Shown: in pieces, positions 52,440 through 64,000 of the stretch
Layout of the letters: each line of letters opens with the position of its first letter
Position numbering within the stretch: position 1 is the first letter of the stretch
NCBI GenBank assembly: GCA_964016885.1
Contig: OZ024743.1
Coordinates: 61,442,001-61,506,000 of the forward strand
Direction: 5' to 3'
DNA length: 64,000 nucleotides
DNA from: Eledone cirrhosa
Taxonomy: Eukaryota
The notes under the pieces: model-generated
Databases searched by the model: none
Told to the model about the DNA's origin: nothing
The model's input: the letters and a program-made list of their open reading frames with translations, nothing else
Position numbers and translations under genes: made by a program

Positions 52440-54140
52440 CATATACATATACATATACATAACCTATATATAAAGGAACGGTAGTGCCCATGACCATTAC
52501 TTTTTCAGACCATCTGAAACTGTAGTCGTCGATGCTTACAAGGGAGTGAATTCCGTTTAAGACACTTAAATGCTAGCTGACGGTGTTAAACCGTGCGATG
52601 TTAAACCACCCAAGGTCCCAGAACATGAATAGTCAAAATACATTATAAAAGTGTGTAAGCACACACTGCTAGGGAGGTAACTAATTAAAGTTTAACTAGA
52701 ACTTTGAAAATAGATACCTTTTAAAATGATTAATCTTCCTTGCATATATTTCATTAAAGAAATATATTTCACCATCAATCGATCGGTAAACCACAGTAGC
52801 CAAAACCCGTATTTTCAACAAGGGAGAAGATTTAACTATCTGTGTTTACACAGCAAATTCAAATCTGCGAATGACTAGCAGCACGCGTTGCATTTTTTTA
52901 AAATACACACATCGTACCAGCGTCATCCCAGTGGCGTGAATAGGGTTATCGACACATAGAAATAGCAGCCGAGTCCTTTCAACTGAGTTAGCTCTACAAT
53001 TAAGGGGCCGTATATTAATCATTTTAAAAGATTTTAGAAATTTTATATATATATATATATATATGTCAATCAATTTCTAGTTGATATAAAATGCTCGGAT
53101 CTAATCATTGGAATCTTTGAGCATATTCTACAATGGATATGGTGCATGTCTCTCAGACATGACACCCTTAATTTAATTTTGGATATATATACGGCCCCTT
53201 AATTGTAGGGGGAGAATAGAACAGGTCAGAGCAAAAATATTAATAAAGATTTAGAAGAAACAAGGTGGTGTGTGGTTACTGGTAAAGTGTATTTAGAAAT
53301 GAAAGGAAAGCACAAACAAGGGACAGGTCCTCTCTTCTGTTGCCTGCTGGGGGTCTCAGACGTTTCAACACATTAAAAACAATACATCTATCCCCAGTGC
53401 GTCAATAACTTTGGAAGTTATTGGAGAAAGAAATAAAGACAGAGAAAATGAATTAAACAGAAGTGAAAAAAATGAACAGAAAAACACAGAAAACATACCG
53501 GTAGAGAGAGGGGGGACGAGGAGCTGCACATGTATGTAAAGTAACCAAGAGAGAGAGAGGGGGGTGAGTTAAACCGGTAGTTCGGCATAAGTCCGGGACC
53601 TTTTTATCAGCAAGAAAAATACGTCTAACCTCGGCGGGAGCAACGACAACAGAAGACTGTACTGGATGATATGCTGTAAATTTTAATTCCGTGAAATCAC
53701 TATACATATTTTAATGGCCCAATTCAATCATCCATTTATGATGGAAGACAGGACGGTCTCATCAGGTAACGTCGACAGAATTGCAATTCAGTGTTACGTA
53801 GAAGCCATACTCATTGTAGAAGGTAGGGAAAAGAGAAATGTAAATTGAAAAGAGAAAAAGGAAAATTTGATTTGCCCGCAAAAAGTGTTGCATTGCCCTA
53901 CGCCCACTACTGGATACTACATCTACGATCGGTGACGTCCATAACGTCGAGAGGTTTAGTAATTCGCTGCATCATGATTTGGCTACCAGAACCATCAGTT
54001 CTACACTTAGTTGATATGATCAAAATAACTTAAATGGTATATATATATATATATATATATCCTGATGATTTCCTTCGAATGAAAGAGTTCTAGTCCTGTA
54101 GAAGCCCTTTCTATATTATATATATATATGTATATATATT

Positions 54141-54172
<32 letters not shown>

Positions 54173-54445
54173 TACACACAAAGCAGTAATTTCTTCTCTC
54201 CCTTCCCTTCATCGTATAAAATATTAAAATGGACTGAGTAGCCAATAAAAATTAAGATAGATATATACATATATACACACACAACACACACAATTCTGAA
54301 TTTATTTTGAGAAATACTTGTGAAATCTTTGGAATTTGTGTTATCTTTTGTATATAAAGCTCTCTTATCAATCCCTACCAATAAAACGAATTGCAGCTAT
54401 ACTCCAAACAGTCTTCCTAGTAAATTTGCTATCAGAATTAAGAAA

Positions 54446-55948
54446 ATGATACCAAGAATATTTTATTTCCTTTTGCTAATCGCATTAACGGTGAAGAGTG
54501 AAAATAATGTATCTAATCCTGACATAAATGATATGTTATCGGATTATGGTAACATAACTTCAACAAGTAAAAATTCAACCTCGTGGTTTTTTCTACAAAT
54601 GATAAACATCCTAAACTGTGGATCATTACCGAAATTAAAAAACAGTCGAATACAATATGTTATGAAAAGGAACGAAGAAAAGATATATCTGGAACAAAAG
54701 TGTAACCGCTATTTTGAAGCAAGCCGAGAGAATACGACCGATGTTGTATGTTTGAATGGTAAATGGATATATGACGATAAAGTATGTAAGTTAATAACCT
54801 GTCCAACTTTTCATAAGCCTGTTCATAGTTACATGACTGATGTTACATACACATATAACTCTGTTATCTACTTTTCGTGCTTTCCTGGTTATTTTTTACG
54901 AGGAAACAGTTCAATACGCTGCGAAAAAACGAAACAATGGTCATCTCCAGCACCAGTTTGTGAAACTGTTACATGTCTTCCACCACACGAGCCGAATCAT
55001 GGCAATGTATCCAATACAAAGAAAATTGCATTTAATGAAACAATTTCTTTCAGTTGCTCGGAACCATATACTTTGAAAGGTGAATCTGTATTAACATGTC
55101 TTGAAGACGGTAGATGGAACTTTCCAGCTCCGGTATGCACTATTAAGTGTCCTGTACCTGAAATTCCTGGGAGAGTGGTCGATATTTCTCAAGATACAAT
55201 TTTGAAACCAAGAACATTAATTGATAATGGAAGGAGTGTAATATATTCCTGTAATCGGTCTTTTATACCAGTATCATTTGGAATCGTTCGGTGTATCTCA
55301 GGGAGGTGGATTCCACCTATACAGTGCAAAGTTGCATGTAAAATTGAGAAGCTAAATGGATTAAATTATACTTTATCACGTAATTTTTCAGTTATTGAAT
55401 ATAGCTGCTCATCAGGAAAAACGTTGAAGGGAGATTCTAAAAGAACCTGTCTGAAAAATGGAACCTGGAGTGGAAAACTTCCAGCCTGTGTAAAATACTG
55501 CCAACTTTCACCCAGTTTTGAGATATTTAGTTACCGAAATTCAGACAATTTACAAGATCTTCCATTTCGCAGCATGGTTCAAGCAAACACTAATATTACA
55601 TATCTATGTCAACAACCATACTTGAAGTCTAACAAAATATCTATGTGCCGTGATGGCGTATTAATCCCCAAACCACGGTGTACTTACAAAAATACTAAGC
55701 TGGATAGGAAAAGACATCTTCTATTTTTTCATGAGGCAGATTATCGTTTTGTTTGTTCCGGAAATTATTCTTGCACAACATTTGGTTACCAGAGGTACGA
55801 TTCTTGTAGACAGGTGGAATGTAGGGGCAATCAGTGTGTCACATTGGATTTTAACAGTGACAAATCAGAAATATACGTGAATTATGTACGTAACACAGGG
55901 GATAGGTATTACAACAGATGTTGTTCTCTGGCTTGCTCTGACGACTAA
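54446..55948 (+). CDS. Secreted 500-aa protein with six sushi/CCP modules and a Cys-rich C-terminal domain, encoded without introns
   Basis: Signal-peptide-like MIPRIFYFLLLIALTVKS; repeats C-P..(Y/F)SC..GY.L.G....C...G.W....P.C; many N-x-S/T sites; no transmembrane segment; uninterrupted 1.5-kb ORF in AT-rich DNA. Confidence 0.85.
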   Translation: MIPRIFYFLLLIALTVKSENNVSNPDINDMLSDYGNITSTSKNSTSWFFLQMINILNCGSLPKLKNSRIQYVMKRNEEKIYLEQKCNRYFEASRENTTDVVCLNGKWIYDDKVCKLITCPTFHKPVHSYMTDVTYTYNSVIYFSCFPGYFLRGNSSIRCEKTKQWSSPAPVCETVTCLPPHEPNHGNVSNTKKIAFNETISFSCSEPYTLKGESVLTCLEDGRWNFPAPVCTIKCPVPEIPGRVVDISQDTILKPRTLIDNGRSVIYSCNRSFIPVSFGIVRCISGRWIPPIQCKVACKIEKLNGLNYTLSRNFSVIEYSCSSGKTLKGDSKRTCLKNGTWSGKLPACVKYCQLSPSFEIFSYRNSDNLQDLPFRSMVQANTNITYLCQQPYLKSNKISMCRDGVLIPKPRCTYKNTKLDRKRHLLFFHEADYRFVCSGNYSCTTFGYQRYDSCRQVECRGNQCVTLDFNSDKSEIYVNYVRNTGDRYYNRCCSLACSDD

Positions 55949-55964
55949 TATAAAATCAGTCTAT

Positions 55965-56040
55965 GTTTGAAGTTGTCTCAAATCCCGCTGAAGTCAACTT
56001 TGCAACTCATCATTTTGAGGTTGATAAATAAAATACCATC
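55965..56040 (+). mobile_element. Degraded SINE-M directly after the CCP stop codon
   Basis: aaatcccgctgaagtcaactttgcaactcatcattttgaggttgataaataaaatacc. Confidence 0.6.
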
Positions 56041-57129
56041 CAATATAGAGTTTGATTCTTCCTCTATCTTGTTTTATTATTTCCTGTCAGTTTCTCTCCT
56101 TCTCTAGAAAAATGGGCTACGCCGGATTTAAAAGACCCAAGACACCACGGTTCACAAGGTGGCGTCATTACAATTCCGCCAGGAGCTAAATACATTTTCC
56201 TACTCTATTTGAAGCTTTGTTCTTCACACACAAACTCATAATTACGTACATGTGTCTAACATGCAATAAAACATACTCTCACTTTACGTTCAAAGTTAGG
56301 ACGATATAAGAGACACATTCTTATTATACTATCTCAAAAGATTTTTAATGACATTACTAATTGGAAATATAATTGTGGAATTAAAACAATTTTCACTCTT
56401 CAAAATAATTGTTTTGTTTTATTCTTTTGTTGCTTCTGTTTTGTTTTTGATTACGTTTTTGTAATTTAATTCTAGATTTACATAACACGATTTATCAAAC
56501 CATCAGAGCCTATGTACAGATTTAGTGGGTGGAACTGGAATATATATAATGTTTCTATTATTGAATACACGTTGGGTTTATTATTTGTTTCAACTATTTT
56601 GCCCGGAGTGTTTTTCAAAAATTGCAACGAAAAAGAAATATGCTATAGCGAGTGAGAGTTACAAAGTAAATTGAAAATAATTGCCATATAATCACATTAA
56701 TATATATTTAGAAATGAAGAAGATCTCAAACGCAGGAAGATAGGTGTGAACACAGCTTAGGGAATCATATGAAAATACCCATATAGACGACAAAACTGGC
56801 CAACTGCCGATAGAGTAATTCGAACTTTGCACCTCTCAATATGTGACGGAGAGCGCTGTACCATTGATCTGAACGACTCCTGACCGCAGATACCAGCTTT
56901 TATAACGCTAACTTTTGTCATGCCTCTATGACTGCTCCACACACTCAGACCGGTTAAGGAAGAACGCATCAATTGCTTTTGTTTTACATTTCAAAAGAGA
57001 GTATTAACCCTGAAATACTGTTAAATTATACTGGGTAAAAAATATTACTTAGATTTGTTTTTATTTGTTAGCATTTGCCTTTTACATATTTCTACCGCAT
57101 TATAGCGGTTTTCTGAAATCCCCTCCTAT

Positions 57130-57175
<46 letters not shown>

Positions 57176-57428
57176 ATATATGTATATATTGATTTGTTCC
57201 GACTTAAGTCCACAAGATTCATTGACTTGTCTCGTTTTTCCTCTCTTTACGTTGCATTACTACCATGTTGTTTGTTTACTTTCCCCTTCCAATTTGCTCT
57301 GTCCCGATAACTTATTTTAGTTATCGCTCGCACTGATTTTGAGGTATCTAGTCTTTAATGCGAAGAAATACCAACGATAATCAGCAGACTACTGATGATG
57401 GACAATCCCGTTGCTCGGTCTATTTTCA

Positions 57429-57463
<35 letters not shown>

Positions 57464-57859
57464 AAAAGAATGAATTCACTTGTAGTCCTAAACAATTTGA
57501 TTTAATTTTATAATATTATAATTTTACAATTTGGTTTTGTAGATGTAGTAAGTTCTTTGTTAACTTCGGTGGGGAGATTTTGAAAGATTCCTGGAGAACT
57601 TTCTCGCATTCGTCGGTGACAATCTCCATCGGTGCAGATCGAACCTTGAGCTGATCAATAGCGAAACGCGCGTCACTACTCAATAAACGTTATGAATACA
57701 TAGCAAATCGGCCTTTTACCTCTTCTTGTTATATTTACATTCTGTTTAGTTCTACACCTCGTTGCAGACGTGAATCTACGCATCGAGTGCTCACCTGGGT
57801 GAACCTACAGTAACTGCACCTAACACCCCCTATGTGTGTATATATATATATATATATAT

Positions 57860-58295
57860 ACTCTGCTAAGAATATTGCAATCGCTTGTCAGATTATAGAA
57901 AGTGGTGCACTTTTAGACTACGCCCAGCCACACGAACCTCTAACAGATCCTGAACAAGCTAGGACTGTGCTTTCTAGTTTTTTAAGTGGGGAAAGGCCTT
58001 GCACTCTCTCAGCATCGAAAAGAAAAACCCGTCACTACCCGAAAAGGAGAACTGGTCAAAATCATCGGATGCTTCCGAAGCCGCAGATTTTTTTTGTTTT
58101 TTTTTTCAGAGTTTCCCTCTCTTAGAAAGGTGTTGTGACAATAACTGGGGCCTTTCACTCCCAGGTGAAAAAAAAACTATTTGGATGGCCATTGACTCTT
58201 TTGAGTTCCTCCGCCTTTTGCCGGGTCTTGTATTTCATCCCACTACAAGCCAATCATGCGACAGGTTGTACTGGGTTACATGTTACCAGTAGCAC
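57860..58295 (-). mobile_element. Older relative of the bipartite RTE derivative
   Basis: gacaggttgtactgggttacatgttaccagtagcac and ttggatggccattgactctt match 10560-10752 and its sister copies. Confidence 0.6.
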
Positions 58296-58599
58296 TCGTA
58301 CATATCTGGTGTAGTAGTTTGCTTGAAGCATTGTTGAATAGGAAAATATAAAGTGGGTATATTTAGGAAGCTGTACAATAAATACCAGGACAACCAGTCG
58401 GAAGGTAATTGAGATATGTGAGATAGAAGACAAAAAGTGGAAGAAGGAAAATAAAAGGAATGAATGTTAACTTAGCAATTTATAAGTCCCAAATATTTCG
58501 GTTTTTTATCCATTAACAAACCTGGTCGGAGAAATCAGAGATTGTCTTTCTGTCATGTGTTTACTTTTTAAAAATTTTGGTTGTGTTAGGATTAAACAC

Positions 58600-60000
58600 C
58601 ACAACTTACAATAACACTCGATAGCTTACCCCACAAAACAACTGCTACAATTAACCAGGACTAACACATCCGACGCCAGTATGAGAAAAACCGACTTAAA
58701 CGGAATTTCAACTGGATCCTGAATGAAACAAGACAACGACAATCCTCCTCACTACACCATCGTCAACATCACTGCATTCGGGAACAAACAAGTCGACCTA
58801 TGAATACATCGACAATGACCTCACTTATACGATGACCAGCTTTGAGCCACATATCGATAGCAACCAGCATCTTGTGTCTGACCTAACTGAATCACACTCA
58901 AACGGTCAACTTGAACTCCGCCTCGGACCCAATTTCATCATATAACAGCGACTCGATGAAATGATGAGATTCGACTTTGAAGCCAACTTCTATAAGAGCC
59001 GCATACAAACACAAGTGACCGACTTCAATCGACACTGCTGAGATTACCACCACTACAGTAACTTATTCCATATTCCCCACATACCACCTCGACAACCCAT
59101 TTCACCCTTCACCTACCGAAACCTTCGGAAGAGATTCCGAAACAAGGTCGCAACGAGAAAATACAAACTGCCTAATTTATTACCCACAATTCGTACACGA
59201 TCTGAAAATCAGCACCATTGTTTCCAGTGTGGAAAGACTTTCATACAATATCCCATGGCTCATATCCAAGATCATAAAACTTCTCTTAACAACCTTATCG
59301 GGACACGGCAACTGTTCGGAAGAAGTCATCCAACATCTTCACCAACTATAACCTGACATCCGCAAACAGCTATGCCTTCCGCCTCGACGACATATCACTA
59401 TACAATTCAGTACCCGCGATCCGGGCTGTAGACATACTAACAGAGTGTGTCCGTCAAGCGACCATCATTGTTCCGGCCTCACCCAGGCCATTTTTGTCAA
59501 CAGCGCCTTTGGTCATCAGTTTGTCACGGAACAGTAACAAACTGATGACCAGCAGAAACACCCTTCCCCTAGTACAGCATCGCACTCTTTCATGTCCCAT
59601 CACACACAGTCCTACCACATCCACACCACACACAGCACCACCACGTACACGCCGGAATGTCTATGATAAGCCAAAACACCACACCCCCGCAACTCACATC
59701 AACCATCGTTCCCCACCACCACCTCGTTACTATAATCCCCCCACCTATCATACATGCCAAAACATTCCTCATAGCTAAACCACCAATCAAAACAACATAA
59801 ACTGACCACCATATGAACGCGAAACGTTAAAGACATTTCTATGCTTTATATGTTCATTCTGTCATTACCATAGCAGAAGTCCGACGAGGTTTTGTTTCCA
59901 GAGTCGAGCCAGATCGATACAGATCGAATCTTGAGCTGATCAATAGCGATACGCACGTCACCAATCAATAAACGTAATGAAGACATAACAAATCGGCCTT
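58600..60000 (+). mobile_element. Decayed or internally deleted PLE-like element ending in a hammerhead-variant terminus
   Basis: Relic reading LVSDLTE..LELRLGPNF resembles the PLE N-terminus; the 3' end matches 31690-31763 and 57630-57715. Confidence 0.45.
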
Positions 60001-60128
<128 letters not shown>

Positions 60129-60620
60129 GTAATAATAAGGAGATTGAGAATAAAAAGGATTTGAAAAGTGCACCTGGTATGAAAGATCATTATGACATGT
60201 ACAAAAATTGATATCGATAATCAAACCTCGTTTCCTCCGTGTTGGATTATCAAAACATAATATTTGTTATTAGATTAAAACGCCATATTGGCTTAGGTCG
60301 CTTCTGTCCTTGTTAGCTGTATCCCATACTTTAGCTCAGCTAAGCAACATCAATTTCTGTACATGTTATAAAGATTTTTTACATATATTCCAGATGCATT
60401 ATCAAACCCTTTTTTTTTTATTATTATTAATATGTCCCTTACATTAAGTGTACAGAAGGTTTTCTAGCGTCCACACATTTGTCACTATATATATATATCG
60501 GCCTGCCCGCCAGCCAGTGGGATGGCGTCATTGTATGGCTAAAACACCACGTGCTGTGACCAGCGGCGCCGAATGGCGTTAGACTGGTCGGTCAAGGTGA
60601 TCATATATATCACTGTCAAG

Positions 60621-60682
<62 letters not shown>

Positions 60683-60836
60683 CTTGATCAGAGAGAGAGA
60701 GAAGAGAAATAGGATTTCGCTTCAAGCATAGCTTTATACAATATGTATAGAAATACGATTTTAGGAAGCCGTAGCTATGCGAACACCGGGAGGCTAACGC
60801 CCTCTGGTGTTGTCCAGCAGAATCAAGGGGGACAAC

Positions 60837-60876
60837 CGTCTATGCATTTCAGTTTTGACTGACCATCGTCAGGATG
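60837..60876 (-). ncRNA. Minimal type I hammerhead motif
   Basis: Minus strand CATC-CTGACGA-TGGTCAGTCAAAACT-GAAA-TGCA-TA-GACG. Confidence 0.7.
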
Positions 60877-60967
60877 ATCCCTCCCACAACTCTGCGACTG
60901 CTGGACTTGAAAACAGCCGAGAACATATAGTTTTCTCGTCCGTGTAAATGAGGTGATTAATCTCATT

Positions 60968-60997
<30 letters not shown>

Positions 60998-61001
<4 letters not shown>

Positions 61002-61446
61002 TAAACGGAATAGAAAATGCTGACAAATTGTTCACAGTTGAAAAATGGTTTAATTAGGAATAAAAGAGTATTAGTGATTGTATGGGTTAGTATTCAGTTG
61101 TGGTTTTAAGTTTTTAAGTTTTTACCGGTTGCGCATTTCTAAATGCTTTTCAAAAATAATTTTGAGATAGAGTGTCCGTGCTGTTTGCTCTGATCTGATT
61201 AGTTTTGGGAATTCTACCTGTTTTTATGTTAAAAAAGTGGCTCCAGCGTTATTTTTGTGTTGCAAAAATGCTTGTGGTCAAAACAATTTTGATTGGTCGG
61301 TAGAGGTCATGTGAATGTAAAAAATTGATTTTGCGCCAAGACTGTTTTTATGTTAAAGAAGTGGCTCCAGCAAAAATTCTTGGTCAAAACAATTTTGATT
61401 GGTCGGTAGAGGTCATGTGGATAAAAAATTAGTTTTGCGCCAAGAT
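60998..61446 (-). mobile_element. Non-palindromic longer member of the 8026-8417 family
   Basis: 60998-61197 matches one arm of the palindrome; continues into a duplicated unit of about 110-120 bp (61220-61340, 61343-61446). Confidence 0.8.
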
Positions 61447-61486
61447 TGAGAAATGACTCTTTCACAACAAATATATGTGTGTGTGT

Positions 61487-61529
<43 letters not shown>

Positions 61530-61532
<3 letters not shown>

Positions 61533-61607
61533 TAGTAGTAGTAGTAAGGTGTTCGATGCTGCGACAATGGCCAGCAGCGATGTGTGTCAAATGGCTATTA
61601 AGATAAG

Positions 61608-61638
<31 letters not shown>

Positions 61639-61730
61639 GTGTGTGTGTGTGTGTAGTAGTAGTAGTAAGGTGTTCGATGCTGCGACAATGGCCAGCAGCG
61701 ATGTGTGTCAAATGGCTATTAAGATAAGTG
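61530..61730. repeat. Tandem duplication of an about 75-bp unit between (GT)n tracts
   Basis: agtagtaaggtgttcgatgctgcgacaatggccagcagcgatgtgtgtcaaatggctattaagataag occurs twice. Confidence 0.9.
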
Positions 61731-61906
61731 TGTGTGTGTGTGTATAGCAGAGTAATTCGATGGTCAGTAAAAATGTGTCTGAAAGCAATGGGGGGTATTT
61801 TAGCATGTCAAAAGATATTTTTCAGCTTTTGTCTTATACGGAGAAGTGCGTGTGTGTGTGTATAAGTCTCTTTGTATGTTGATGTACGCGTGTGTATGTG
61901 TTTGTG

Positions 61907-61959
<53 letters not shown>

Positions 61960-62110
61960 ACCAGTATTTTTTCCCCCTGGTAAAATGGTGTACATTATTC
62001 GATTTTTTCAGTAAAATCGGTTCTCTTAATAGAACATCAAAAATCTTAACAATAAAAGGTGTGAAATGATATTCACTATATATATATACACATACATATA
62101 TTCACTACAT

Positions 62111-64000
62111 ATATATATATATATATACATATATACATACATATATATGCACATATATTTTTTTGTATTGCACCATAGAGCATGTGTGTTTACGTGTGTC
62201 ATTGTGTTTATATGTGGGTAGAGATGTGTGCTGATGTAGGTATGTATGTTGACGTGTGTATGTTGTGGGTTCGTCTTAGGGAGAAGTGTTTAGAAGGGGT
62301 CCGTATTGGTTAATGAAGTAAGATTCCTTGCTGATGCGCTGGGTGTACCCTTCTCAAACCCTTCCCCAAGCACATCAAAAGCTATATAAGGGACGACCTA
62401 GATATGCTCAATCACCTCCCTAATATGCCACTTTCTGAACAAACCCTACTAGTGACGTTCGATGTAGTCATCCTATACTCCAACATCCCCCACAACCTAG
62501 GAATAGAAGCTATCCAATTCTGGCTGGATAATTTCCACAATGAACTCCCACAACGCATCAAAAAAGAATTCGTGATAGAGGGACTCAAATTTATCTTGGA
62601 GAACAATTACTTCGTTTTCAATAACAAACCCTACAGGCAGAAATCTGGGACCGCTATGGGAACGAAAACAGCCCCTACTTATGCCAACCTAGTCATGGGA
62701 TACCTGGAAATCACCCTCTACACTAAAGTCCTAAACAAATTTGGAAACACCCTCCACTTACACATTGAAAGGAACTGGAAGCGATATCTAGATGACTGCT
62801 TCATCCTTTGGCACGAAAACATCGAAAAACTTAAAGAATTTCACACCCTTATAAATGGGCTCAACACAAATATTAAATTCACGATGGAATACAGCCATCA
62901 ACAACTCCCCTTCCTCGACATCCTCATTAAGATCCATAAGAAAAAAATAGAAACAGACATATACTACAAGCCCACAGACTCCAAGCAATGTCTCCCCTTC
63001 AACTCTTGCCACCCTAGACACGTTAAAATTAATATTCCCTACAACTTAGCCAAGAGAATCTGTACTATAGTCTCCAATAAAAACATCTGCTACTTACGGC
63101 TACAAGAACTAAAGGACACACTCATAGGCAGAGACTACCCTGCATCACTAATTGACAATGGAATCCAACGTGCCCTAAAACTCAGTACCCAGGACCTTAG
63201 ACACCCTAAAGTAAATCAACCAAAACTAAAAGCTCTTCCATACATCTCCACACACAACCCCCTCAACAATGAGGCCTTTGACACCATCCTCCAGAACATC
63301 CCTGTATTGAAAAAGGACCATAGAATGAACCAAATTCTACGAACACACGATATCATAAAGAGCAAAAGACAATCCAAGTCAATGAAAAACATCTTAACAC
63401 ATGCCAAAGTACTGCCAACCACAACAACGAAACCCACAGTAAAAAAATGCGATAGACCCAACTGTGGCATTTGCATCAACCTAATAGAGGGTTCGGAATT
63501 CTATTTCAAAGATGGACAACGTTTTATAGTAAAACACAATTTCACATGTGCAACGGAAAATCTAATATATGTATTAACTTGTTCAGGTTGTCGAGAACAA
63601 TACATAGGCCAGACCAAAAACAGCCTCCGCCAACACATGACTGTTCATAGATCCCAAATTAAAATACGGGAATACAGGAAAATACCACTGAGTGAACACA
63701 TGTGCCGCCCAAAATCATCCCAACTTCAGAATCTTTCCCCTCTACAAATTTAAAGATAATGCCACCCACACCCAGGGCATCAGCAAGGAATCTTACTTCA
63801 TTAACAAATACGGACCCCGTCTAAACACTTCTCCCTAAGACGAACCCACAACATACACACGTCAACATACATACCTACATCAGCACACATCTCTACCCAC
63901 ATATAAACACAATGACACACGTAAACACACATGCTCTATGGTGCAATACAAAAAAATATATGTGCATATATATGTATGTATATATGTATATATATATATA
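62111..64000 (+). mobile_element. Penelope-like element (Neptune-like), 5'-truncated with an inverted 3' copy at its 5' end
   Basis: 62111-62346 is the reverse complement of 63768-64000; flanked by (TA)n. Confidence 0.9.
62404..63753 (+). CDS. PLE RT + Cys linker + GIY-YIG (partial; frameshift near 63700, native end probably at 63838)
   Basis: LVTFDVVILYSNIP, QKSGTAMG, WKRYLDD, LPFLD, YYKPTD, SCHP, CDRPNCGIC, FTC..NLIYVLTC..C..QYIGQT. Confidence 0.9.
   Translation: MLNHLPNMPLSEQTLLVTFDVVILYSNIPHNLGIEAIQFWLDNFHNELPQRIKKEFVIEGLKFILENNYFVFNNKPYRQKSGTAMGTKTAPTYANLVMGYLEITLYTKVLNKFGNTLHLHIERNWKRYLDDCFILWHENIEKLKEFHTLINGLNTNIKFTMEYSHQQLPFLDILIKIHKKKIETDIYYKPTDSKQCLPFNSCHPRHVKINIPYNLAKRICTIVSNKNICYLRLQELKDTLIGRDYPASLIDNGIQRALKLSTQDLRHPKVNQPKLKALPYISTHNPLNNEAFDTILQNIPVLKKDHRMNQILRTHDIIKSKRQSKSMKNILTHAKVLPTTTTKPTVKKCDRPNCGICINLIEGSEFYFKDGQRFIVKHNFTCATENLIYVLTCSGCREQYIGQTKNSLRQHMTVHRSQIKIREYRKIPLSEHMCRPKSSQLQNLSPLQI

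Noticed and set aside
54320-54445. 42-codon upstream extension of the CCP ORF
   Set aside because: Starts at GTG; the first ATG (54446) directly precedes a signal-peptide-like segment
61220-61730. CRISPR-like repeats
   Set aside because: Only two-copy tandem duplications in eukaryotic DNA; no spacer array or cas genes

Overview
AT-rich, microsatellite-dense animal DNA, most likely cephalopod (Octopus-like SINE families and TA/CA/TAA/CATA repeats; inferred, not searched). About 80% looks transposon-derived. Main elements: (1) a decayed LTR-bounded Gypsy element (CsRn1-like, tRNA-Trp PBS) nested in an R4/Dong-like LINE; (2) two head-to-tail full-length Tx1/L1-clade LINEs plus a Dong-like fragment sharing one (TAA)n tract; (3) two Penelope-like elements (Naiad-like and Neptune-like) with inverted pseudo-LTRs; (4) zinc-finger RTE fragments, bipartite RTE derivatives and many tRNA-derived SINEs. 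One probable host gene is present: an intronless ORF for a secreted protein with six sushi/CCP domains (54446-55948). Two observations stand out. Both Tx1-like copies carry a conserved 52-nt GT-AG segment whose removal would fuse ORF1 and ORF2 in frame. About a dozen minimal type I hammerhead ribozyme motifs, including core variants, sit in short and often fold-back Penelope-derived units inserted into (TA)n. All calls were made by eye, without database searches.
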